A stretch of DNA of 64,000 nucleotides, taken from an uncultured Bacilli bacterium (lineage in GTDB: Bacteria; Bacillota_I; Bacilli_A; RF39; UBA660). The position numbers and the translations under genes are program-made. Shown piece by piece: positions 18,389 through 26,752 of this stretch. The stretch covers positions 26,566 through 90,565 of the forward strand of contig CALVJB010000002.1 of NCBI GenBank assembly GCA_944332025.1. Reading direction: 5' to 3'. Position 1 is the stretch's first letter; every line of letters starts with the position of its first letter. The notes under the pieces were generated by a model. That model did no database searches and had not been told where the DNA came from. It saw only the letters and a list, made by a program, of their open reading frames with translations.

Positions 18389-19319
18389 TTTTTTGATTAA
18401 AAGTGATTCTATAAGTCTTATAGATAAGAAAATAGAAGAACTAATTAAAGAAAAAGGATTTAATGATGTTAGTAAAGCTAGCATTACTACTTATGATTTA
18501 GAAGAAGATAGTATTATAACTCTAATAGAAGATGCTGATACTATCTCTTTCCTTACTCCTAATAAAGTAATAATAGGTAAGAATCTATCTAATAATAACT
18601 TAGATGATAAAGCATTAGAGACTTTATCTAAATACTTAGATAATCCTAATAGTGATGTTTTATTAATCTTTGTAACTACTAATATCGATACAAGAAAAAA
18701 GATAGTTAAAGAAGTTATTAATAAACTTTCTTTAGTCAATATAAGTACTAATACTAAAGAAATAGTTAAAGATATATTAAAGGAATATGATGTAGAATAT
18801 AGAGTTATTAATCTTTTAGAAGAATATTATAGTGAAGATTTAGAAAGACTAATTAGTGAGACTAAGAAGTTAGCTTTAGCTTTCATTAATACTAAGAAAA
18901 TTACTTACAAAGATGCTTTAGATTTATTAGTTAAACCTTTAAATAAACAGGATACTCTTGCTTTTGATTTGGTTCGTGAGATAGCTTTAAAAGATAAGAA
19001 GAAAGCTCTTAATATCTATAATGAATTACTTAGTTATAATATCGAAAGTTATGCTTTATTTGGATTATTAGAAAGTCAATATAGACTTCTTTATCAAGTA
19101 AAAGTTTTAAATAAAAGAAATATTTCCTATAATGATATGGCAAGTATTTTAGATGTACATCCTTTTAGGGTTAAGAAGACTCTAGAACTAGTTAGATATT
19201 ATACTTTAAAAGAGATAAGAAAACTACTTATGAATCTTTCTGATATAGATTATAAAATTAAAAGTGGTATCTATGAAAATAATATAATTATAGATTTGTT
19301 AATATTAAATATCAAGTAA
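18381..19319 (+). CDS. holA: DNA polymerase III delta subunit-like
   Basis: 312 aa. Layout resembles HolA/YqeN (N-terminal alpha/beta, C-terminal helical KKALNIYNELL ... region). Overlaps alaS by 8 nt. Confidence 0.55.
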   Translation: MNNFLIKSDSISLIDKKIEELIKEKGFNDVSKASITTYDLEEDSIITLIEDADTISFLTPNKVIIGKNLSNNNLDDKALETLSKYLDNPNSDVLLIFVTTNIDTRKKIVKEVINKLSLVNISTNTKEIVKDILKEYDVEYRVINLLEEYYSEDLERLISETKKLALAFINTKKITYKDALDLLVKPLNKQDTLAFDLVREIALKDKKKALNIYNELLSYNIESYALFGLLESQYRLLYQVKVLNKRNISYNDMASILDVHPFRVKKTLELVRYYTLKEIRKLLMNLSDIDYKIKSGIYENNIIIDLLILNIK

Positions 19320-19329
19320 TATATACTTC

Positions 19330-19358
19330 TTGATATTTTTCTTCTTTTATGATATAAT
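19330..19358 (+). promoter_or_regulatory. sigma-A-type promoter TTGATA-17-TGaTATAAT
   Basis: Near-consensus -35, 17-nt spacer and an extended -10, 25 nt upstream of the AAGGGGGA RBS and the ATG at 19383. Confidence 0.6.
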
Positions 19359-19382
19359 ATGCACTACATAAAGGGGGATATT

Positions 19383-21050
19383 ATGAAGAATTTAAAGAAA
19401 TATAATTCTAATATTTTTAAAGGAATAGTAAAAGGTTTTGTACTTGGGTTGATTGCTTCTAATGTTACGATTATAGGGAGTAATGCTTTTAATAGTTTTA
19501 GATATGAAAGTGAATTATTAAATGAGAAAAAAGAAAAAGAGAGGAAAGAAAAAGAAGCTTTAAATCAAGAATTTGAAAGTTTATTATCTACTAGTGATTT
19601 AGAAATAAGCGAAGAAGCAAGTGAAGCGATTAATAAAATCTCTTTAGCTCCTCTTAATATGACTTATTTAGAAGATTTTGATATAACAAAAGAAAGTGTA
19701 TCTCTTGCTTATCAGGACTCTTCAGAATTTATTAATCATATAAATACGAGACTTTATGAAGAAGAGAGTAATAGTATTGACTGGGATGAAGCAGCTTCTA
19801 TTATTTATCAAAATGGTATATCAATAGAAGATTTAGATGATAGTATAGAACCTTTATCATTTGATGAAGTAAAAGAGCAAGTAGAGTGGATTGAAGAATT
19901 TTATAGCGAAGTTAAAAGTGACTTTAAAGACTATGATACAAAAGAACTAGCTTGTCTACTTGAAGATTATTCTTTTTTAAAAACTAGTACTGAAAAAGGT
20001 AATATAGTCGCTGAAACAACATTAGATAATATTACTTTTTATCCATTATACTATCAAGAACCTCGTATTTTGAAGGAAGCGACAACTAAGCATGAAGCGG
20101 TGCATTTACTAGTTAATCCTTGTATAGATGTTTCTATTAAAGATATGAGTGGTGGTATAGATGTTTTAAATTTAAATGGAGATGGCAATTACATCGATTT
20201 ATCTAGTTATATATTTAAATTTATAGAAGAGATATATGCAGAACTTTATTCTAAAGAAAAAACTATAGGTATTCAGTTAAGTTATAATAATTATGATGAA
20301 GCTTTAAACTATTTACAAGCAGTACTTGCTTTGGGAGATACTTATCAAGTAGATCTCTTATTACAAAATCTTTTATATAAAGATGCTAGGGGTTTTGTTC
20401 AAGAGTTACCTTCTTTTGGTCCTAATAAAGAAAAGCTTTTACTTGATACTTTAAAATCTATTAAAGCTTTAGATTTATTTGTAAATCCTGATTTAAACTA
20501 TTTATCTTATCTAAAAGATAAATATCCTGATATTAGTTATGAGAAAATGCTTATGGAAATAAAAGATTATTTTATTAGTGGTTTAGGAAAGCTTTATTAT
20601 AATAATTTAATCTTATTAAATGAAAAATATAATCTAACATTAGAAGATAATACTGCTTTAACAATTCTTTACTGGAAATTAATAAATAATGTTAAGGAAG
20701 GAAATATGTATTTAGTAGATGAAGAGGAAACTAACGACTATCTTCTTTATCCTAATAAAGATTTAAGTTATTTATTAAGAGAGTATCCATTATTAAAAGC
20801 TAATTATTCTAATTTAGATATTCATGATTATCATGATATATTTGTAGAATACTTATCTAAAAAATATAACATGGATAAAAATGATGTTTATGATGCAACT
20901 AAAGATACTAGCATTTTAAAGAAAGATTATCAAATGCCTAAAGTATTAGGAGAAGAAAAACAAGAATTTTATCAATGGCTATGGGAAGATAAAAGTGATG
21001 AGATAGATTTATTTAATAGTAGAGAACTTGTAAAGGAAAAAACGAGGTGA
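19383..21050 (+). CDS. N-terminally membrane-anchored hypothetical protein with HEAVH motif
   Basis: TM helix at residues ~15-35, a charged coiled-coil segment, then a large domain containing TKHEAVHLL (HExxH). ORF track begins at 19359, but RBS and promoter support 19383. Confidence 0.6.
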   Translation: MKNLKKYNSNIFKGIVKGFVLGLIASNVTIIGSNAFNSFRYESELLNEKKEKERKEKEALNQEFESLLSTSDLEISEEASEAINKISLAPLNMTYLEDFDITKESVSLAYQDSSEFINHINTRLYEEESNSIDWDEAASIIYQNGISIEDLDDSIEPLSFDEVKEQVEWIEEFYSEVKSDFKDYDTKELACLLEDYSFLKTSTEKGNIVAETTLDNITFYPLYYQEPRILKEATTKHEAVHLLVNPCIDVSIKDMSGGIDVLNLNGDGNYIDLSSYIFKFIEEIYAELYSKEKTIGIQLSYNNYDEALNYLQAVLALGDTYQVDLLLQNLLYKDARGFVQELPSFGPNKEKLLLDTLKSIKALDLFVNPDLNYLSYLKDKYPDISYEKMLMEIKDYFISGLGKLYYNNLILLNEKYNLTLEDNTALTILYWKLINNVKEGNMYLVDEEETNDYLLYPNKDLSYLLREYPLLKANYSNLDIHDYHDIFVEYLSKKYNMDKNDVYDATKDTSILKKDYQMPKVLGEEKQEFYQWLWEDKSDEIDLFNSRELVKEKTR

Positions 21051-21056
21051 TAAGCT

Positions 21057-22286
21057 GTGAATAGTGATAAAATTACAGAAAGAGATAATATTATTAAAAT
21101 GATGGATAATGCATCATCAATTGAGGATCTTTTAAAAATAAAATGGTTTTTTAATAAAAGATTTGGTTCTAAATACTATAATATTAAATATAATGCTGTT
21201 GCAAGAAATATAGAACGCATTTCATATGATACTGCTTTATCAAATGCTCCTTCTATAATTGGCGATTTACTTAAAGGTAGTGCTATAGAAAGCATTAAAG
21301 ATAATTATAATATTACTACAGAAGCGATTAATAGATTACTTATATTATATATTGAGAATGGTACTTATCCTAATAAATTTATACATTTAGTAGATGTAGT
21401 ACCAGAACATGATAGAGAGTTTATTAGTGCCAAGACTGCTATTAAACTTTTTATTGATAATAACGTATATAATATTAAGAAGATCTATGCTGAATTTAAT
21501 TGTAAAACTGAAGAATATAATAAATATTTAAGTATTCTAAAAGCTAAGAACCATTCTTTGTATTTTCTATTTAAAAAATTACAAAAAGAACATAACGATA
21601 AATCTACTTTAGAATATAAAATTAAATTTTATGATAAAAATAGAGAAATTAAACTAAAGACTATAGAGTCTGTTAGTAAATTAAATTCTAAAGAAATATT
21701 AGAAATATTATCTAATCCACATAGTAAAGAATTTATTAATTTTTGTCTTTATTATAAGTTAGATAGTAGAGTCTTAATACAACTTTTAAATGATAATAAT
21801 ACTCTTAAAGAAGAACTTTCTAATAATAAAGAACATATAACTGATATATATAATATATATTTGAGTAAATATAAAGATATAGTTAAAGAGCTTATATATG
21901 AAATTAAGATACTTAGTACAGATGGCTTTAAAGAACCAATAGACTTATATCATTATTATACTAATACGAATTATGATTTAGCAGCACTTTCAAGATTAGC
22001 TTTAACGTTTACTGATATTAAAAATACTAAACTTTTATCTATATATATTGAAAGAAATCCATCTCTTTTTAAAGGCATTGTTCAAAAAGAGATGGATGGT
22101 TATAAGCAAAGAGGAATAATAAGTTGTTCTAAAGATAGTGTTTCTTTTACTAAAGAAGAACTAAATAAAGCGATAGAGGATATCAAAGTAAATAATTTAC
22201 CTATGATTAAAGGTGTTTTATATGGTGCAATTAAAAGACAAGTTGCATTTAGAAATGATTTTACAATGAAAAAAAGTTTGTTTTAA
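21057..22286 (+). CDS. hypothetical protein (409 aa)
   Basis: GTG start 6 nt after a GAGGTGA RBS, 7 nt after the preceding stop. No family recognised. Confidence 0.5.
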   Translation: MNSDKITERDNIIKMMDNASSIEDLLKIKWFFNKRFGSKYYNIKYNAVARNIERISYDTALSNAPSIIGDLLKGSAIESIKDNYNITTEAINRLLILYIENGTYPNKFIHLVDVVPEHDREFISAKTAIKLFIDNNVYNIKKIYAEFNCKTEEYNKYLSILKAKNHSLYFLFKKLQKEHNDKSTLEYKIKFYDKNREIKLKTIESVSKLNSKEILEILSNPHSKEFINFCLYYKLDSRVLIQLLNDNNTLKEELSNNKEHITDIYNIYLSKYKDIVKELIYEIKILSTDGFKEPIDLYHYYTNTNYDLAALSRLALTFTDIKNTKLLSIYIERNPSLFKGIVQKEMDGYKQRGIISCSKDSVSFTKEELNKAIEDIKVNNLPMIKGVLYGAIKRQVAFRNDFTMKKSLF

Positions 22287-22328
22287 TTAGATAATTTGGT
22301 ACAATATATTAAAGAGAGTTGATAAGTT

Positions 22329-22613
22329 GTGAAGAATGAATATATCAAAACAAGACAAGGAACATTTCCTATAAGTGTTTTTGAAAAGGATATGTATGAT
22401 GTTAATCTACCTAAATATCTTGATGATGATATTAAAGCTTTACTTAAAGGAATTAAAGAAAATAGTACTTTACTTGATTGTTTGATGGATGAAGTATATA
22501 GTTCTATTAATGGGGCTTACTTTGATAGACGAATTAGTGAAGAACATGCTGATCATTTGAGAGAAAAATATTTATTATTAAATTTCAGGGAAGGTGATAA
22601 AGATGTTAGATAA
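22329..22613 (+). CDS. small hypothetical protein (94 aa), possible HipS-like partner
   Basis: GTG start. Its 3-prime end overlaps the start of the HipA-like kinase gene by 20 nt. A possible internal TGgTACAAT extended -10 lies at 22297-22305. Confidence 0.4.
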   Translation: MKNEYIKTRQGTFPISVFEKDMYDVNLPKYLDDDIKALLKGIKENSTLLDCLMDEVYSSINGAYFDRRISEEHADHLREKYLLLNFREGDKDVR

Positions 22614-23505
22614 TTTTAATAACTATGAAATAAATAAATTTAAATATTATGATGGAAGAAATGGTAATAAAATATGTCTTTTAGATGAGCATGGTACTAA
22701 ATATATGTTAAAAACACCTCCCGTAAAGAATAATAATACCAAAGATAAGTATTATACTAACGGATGCATTTCAGAACATCTTGGATGTTTAATATATAAA
22801 TGTTTAGGTTTTAATACACAAGATACTAAGCTTGGTATTTATACAATTGATGGTAAAGATAAATTGTGTGTATTATGCAAAGATTTTGAAACAGATAATA
22901 AGAAACTATTTAAATTTGCCGAAATAAAAAATGCTATTATATCATTAAGTGAAAATGGATTTGGAGTAGAACTTTCTAGTGTTTTAGAGGCAATTGAAGA
23001 ACAAGATAATATTAATCCTTTGATATTAAAATCATTTTACTGGGATATGTTTATTGCAGATGCTTTTCTGGGTAACTTTGATAGACATAATGGTAATTGG
23101 GGACTACTTCTTGATGAAACTAATAAAACTAGCGAAATAGCACCTATATATGATTGTGGTAGTTGTTTGTATCCTGCCCTTAGTGATGAAGAAATGAAGA
23201 AAATATTAAATGATCCTAAGGAGATAGATGCAAGAATATATGTTTTTCCTAATTCTATTTTGACGATTAATGATAAGAAAATTAATTATTTTAATTATAT
23301 AAGTTCTCTTGAAAATAAGGATTGTAATGAAGCATTAAAAAGAATAGGAAGAAAAATAGATTTAAATGAGATTAATAAAGTTATTGATGGGATAGAAGGA
23401 ATATCTGATGTAAGAAAAGAATTTTATAAGACTATGTTAAAATTACGGAAAGAAAAGATTATAGATTATTCACTAAATTTATTAGATGAAAAAGAAGGAG
23501 ATTAG
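22594..23505 (+). CDS. short HipA-C-like Ser/Thr kinase (HipT-like)
   Basis: Catalytic-loop-like FLGNFDRHNGNWGLLLDE and IAPIYDCGS parallel HipA LIGNTDDHAKNFSLL and LAPAYDL, recalled from memory; 303 aa. Confidence 0.6.
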   Translation: MIKMLDNFNNYEINKFKYYDGRNGNKICLLDEHGTKYMLKTPPVKNNNTKDKYYTNGCISEHLGCLIYKCLGFNTQDTKLGIYTIDGKDKLCVLCKDFETDNKKLFKFAEIKNAIISLSENGFGVELSSVLEAIEEQDNINPLILKSFYWDMFIADAFLGNFDRHNGNWGLLLDETNKTSEIAPIYDCGSCLYPALSDEEMKKILNDPKEIDARIYVFPNSILTINDKKINYFNYISSLENKDCNEALKRIGRKIDLNEINKVIDGIEGISDVRKEFYKTMLKLRKEKIIDYSLNLLDEKEGD

Positions 23506-24734
23506 TTTTCCTTCTTTTGTTTTTCTAAGTATAAATATATCTCTTTTAGTTTATGTTCATAACCTAAGTCTTTAGGATGATAGTACCTTTTATCCTTTAA
23601 CTTATCAGGTAAGTATTGTTGTTTAACAAAAGCATTTTTATAGTCATGAGGATATTTATAAGTATCACTAGGATTCTTTAAATGTTTTGGAATATCTCCG
23701 ACATTACCTTTTTCTATATCACTTAAAGCTTCATCTAAAGCGATATGAGCAGTATTACTTTTAGGGGATAGAGCCATTTCTGTAACAATAGTTCCTAGTG
23801 GTATTCTTGCTTCTGGTAATCCTACTAATTTAGCGGCTTCTATCGCTGCCATTACTTTAGGTCCAATAGAAGGATTAGCAAGGCCTATATCTTCATAGGC
23901 AATAACTGACATACGTCTAAAGATACTATCTAAGTCTCCTATTGTAATTAATCTTGCTAAGTAGTGAAGAGCAGCATCTACATCACTACCTCTAATAGAT
24001 TTTTGAAAAGCAGATAACATATCATAGTAACCATCACCATTTTTATCAGCATTAAAAACTGGTTTACTATTTATCTTTTTAACAACATCTAAATCTACTT
24101 TAAAATCATTAGTAGAGTAGTAAGATATTTCTAGCAAGTTATAAGCATATCTTAAGTCATTTCCTGATAGTCTAGCAATATAATTAATAGTCTCTTCATC
24201 TATCTTTATATTAGGTAAATAAGGACTTTTAACCGCTCTTTCTAATCCATCTATAATATCATCTGTTGCAAGTTCTTTAAGTTCAAATAATTGACATCTA
24301 GACCTAATAGCAGGGTTAATTGCATGATAGGGATTACTTGTAGTCATACCTATTAAAGTAATAAGACCACTCTCTAAACAAGGTAGTAAGATATCTTGTT
24401 TATCTTTGTTTAATCTATGTATCTCATCCATAATAAGAACTAGTCCATCATACATTTTCGCTTCTTCTATAACAATATCTAAATCTTTCTTAGAATTAAC
24501 AGTAGCATTTAAAAATCTATGTCTTACTCCTAAATCATTAATAATAGCATTGGCAATAGATGTTTTACCTATACCAGGTTTACCATATAAAATCATGGAA
24601 AATAACTTCTTATTCTTTACTAAATTACTAAGAATCATATTATCTCCAACTAAGTGTTTTTGACCTATTACATCTTTTAAAGAATTAGGGGCAAGCTTTA
24701 AAGCTAGAGGTTTATCCATATGTATCACTTCCAT
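23502..24734 (-). CDS. rarA: replication-associated recombination protein A (AAA+ ATPase)
   Basis: GKPGIGKTS Walker A, MDEIHR Walker B, C-terminal MgsA helical domain; 410 aa. Confidence 0.9.
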   Translation of the reverse strand: MEVIHMDKPLALKLAPNSLKDVIGQKHLVGDNMILSNLVKNKKLFSMILYGKPGIGKTSIANAIINDLGVRHRFLNATVNSKKDLDIVIEEAKMYDGLVLIMDEIHRLNKDKQDILLPCLESGLITLIGMTTSNPYHAINPAIRSRCQLFELKELATDDIIDGLERAVKSPYLPNIKIDEETINYIARLSGNDLRYAYNLLEISYYSTNDFKVDLDVVKKINSKPVFNADKNGDGYYDMLSAFQKSIRGSDVDAALHYLARLITIGDLDSIFRRMSVIAYEDIGLANPSIGPKVMAAIEAAKLVGLPEARIPLGTIVTEMALSPKSNTAHIALDEALSDIEKGNVGDIPKHLKNPSDTYKYPHDYKNAFVKQQYLPDKLKDKRYYHPKDLGYEHKLKEIYLYLEKQKKEN

Positions 24735-24804
24735 AATTATTTTATCAAAAAATACTGTTTTTTTAAAGATATTGATGTTATACTTTATTTATGGAGGGTT
24801 TCGT

Positions 24805-25740
24805 ATGGATGAGAAAATAGAAGATTTATATAAAAAATATAAAGAGATAAATGTGATTATAAAAAATAAAACAGAACAGAAGGATAAAGTACTTAGTAGT
24901 TTATTAAAGTCTAAAGTTGGAAAATTATATTTTAGTTTAAATGATGAGCAGAAAAAACTATTTGAAAGTATTTATCGTGACGTTGATTTTTCTAGATATC
25001 TTTATTTGCGAGATGATATTGGAGAACATCAAGAAAAATTAGATGAACTTGCGACTATTATTGTTACTCATATAGATTTTCCTTTTAAGGATAGAGGTCC
25101 TGCAATTTATATTAGTGATGGTGTTGATACTTATAATGCCCTAACAGATGAGAATACAAAAGGTGTTGATACATCTGATAAAGAAGTTATTAAAGAAATT
25201 ATTTCTAATATTTATGGTTTTGAAAGTGAATTTGAAATTTCTGATGTACCACTAATTAAAGTTATTTATGATAAAATAAATAAAAATTTTGCTAATTATA
25301 TAATAGAAGATAATATTTTAAAACAAGTTGAAAGAATACATAGATTAGATAAAATGCATAGTACATATAAAGAATACAGAAGAAATGTTATTACCAATTT
25401 AAAGGAATCTATTGCAAATACTGAGTTAGAAATCAAAAACAGTGATAGTGGCTTTAAATATTTACTTTTATATTCTATTGAAGTAGCTAAATATGAAGTA
25501 TCTTTATTAGAAGGAAAGAGAGTAACTACTATTTTAAAAGAAATAGATGAAAGTAATATGAGTGAAAGTGATAAAGATTACTTTAAAGATGCCCTTGTTA
25601 AAGCATATTATAATTTAACAAATATTGAATTTAGAAAAGAAAGTAAATATTTTGATAATGATAGAGATATTTGTTATGCTAGTTTTGAGACGGCAAATGC
25701 TGAGATAAATAAAAGATTAATTAAAATGAGACAAGGGTAA
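24805..25740 (+). CDS. hypothetical protein, paralog A of a tandem pair
   Basis: GGAGGG RBS before the ATG at 24805. Shares DVPLIKVIYDK and a C-terminal YYNLTNIEFRK ... ETA(N/D)xEINKR(L/M) with the next gene. Confidence 0.55.
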   Translation: MDEKIEDLYKKYKEINVIIKNKTEQKDKVLSSLLKSKVGKLYFSLNDEQKKLFESIYRDVDFSRYLYLRDDIGEHQEKLDELATIIVTHIDFPFKDRGPAIYISDGVDTYNALTDENTKGVDTSDKEVIKEIISNIYGFESEFEISDVPLIKVIYDKINKNFANYIIEDNILKQVERIHRLDKMHSTYKEYRRNVITNLKESIANTELEIKNSDSGFKYLLLYSIEVAKYEVSLLEGKRVTTILKEIDESNMSESDKDYFKDALVKAYYNLTNIEFRKESKYFDNDRDICYASFETANAEINKRLIKMRQG

Positions 25741-25751
25741 TAGGTGGAATT

Positions 25752-26741
25752 ATGCAGTATAATAAAGAAGAATTTAAGTTTTACTATGATAATTATATAG
25801 ATATAAAAAATAGAATAGATGAAACTAAGGGTAAAATAAATGAGCTTTTACAAGATGATAAATTAAATAAAACTATAGATTTTTATAATAGTTTAAATGA
25901 CAATGATAAAAAGATTTTTGATTATATTAATTGTAATATGGGATATGTTAGATATAAATTAAATAAACTAGCACTTGAAAAATTACAAGAATCATTTGAA
26001 AAATTATGTAATGAATTTATAGAAAGCGATGCTTTTCCTTTTTCTAAAGATGAATTTCACTTCTTTGTTAGTAAAGACAGTTATTTAATTGATGCAATAA
26101 CCGATCTAGATACTAGTGAATTAAGTAAAGAAGAAAACATATTTTTAAATGATAGTATAAGTTGTGTATATAATAGTTCAGATTATAATCCTAGTGATTA
26201 TAGTATAGATGATATACCTTTAATAAAAGTATTATATTTGAAAGATAAGCTTAAATATGAAAGAAGATGTTTGCCTTTAGATATAGACAGTATGATATAC
26301 GATATTGACCTTGCTAAAAGAATAGATAATGGTGCTTTTACTTATGATGAAAGAAAATGTAGTTGTCTTCCAGGATGGAAACAAACTCACTTAAAGACAA
26401 AATTGTTAACTCAACAGCAAAGAATTATAGAGAGTGATTCTAGAAATAAAGATTTATTATTATTTTCTATTGACTCAGCTTTTTATGAAATAGAATTACA
26501 AAGTGGAGTAAGAGTTAATGAAATATATGATAGATTAAATAATATGGAAGTTAAAAATGAACATCAAAAGAGAAAAATAGAAAGAGAAAAAGATGCTTTA
26601 ATTAATGCTTATTATAATTTAACAAATATTGAATTTAGAAAGAATAGTGGTTATTATATGGGAAATCATTATATTTTTGCTAGGTATGAAACTGCTGATC
26701 CTGAAATTAATAAAAGAATGTTAAAAATGATGAAAAGATAG
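25752..26741 (+). CDS. hypothetical protein, paralog B of a tandem pair
   Basis: AGGTGG RBS. Clear paralog of 24805..25740 (DIPLIKVLY, YYNLTNIEFRKNSGYY, ETADPEINKRMLKM). Confidence 0.55.
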   Translation: MQYNKEEFKFYYDNYIDIKNRIDETKGKINELLQDDKLNKTIDFYNSLNDNDKKIFDYINCNMGYVRYKLNKLALEKLQESFEKLCNEFIESDAFPFSKDEFHFFVSKDSYLIDAITDLDTSELSKEENIFLNDSISCVYNSSDYNPSDYSIDDIPLIKVLYLKDKLKYERRCLPLDIDSMIYDIDLAKRIDNGAFTYDERKCSCLPGWKQTHLKTKLLTQQQRIIESDSRNKDLLLFSIDSAFYEIELQSGVRVNEIYDRLNNMEVKNEHQKRKIEREKDALINAYYNLTNIEFRKNSGYYMGNHYIFARYETADPEINKRMLKMMKR

Positions 26742-26752
26742 GTAGTGATAAC

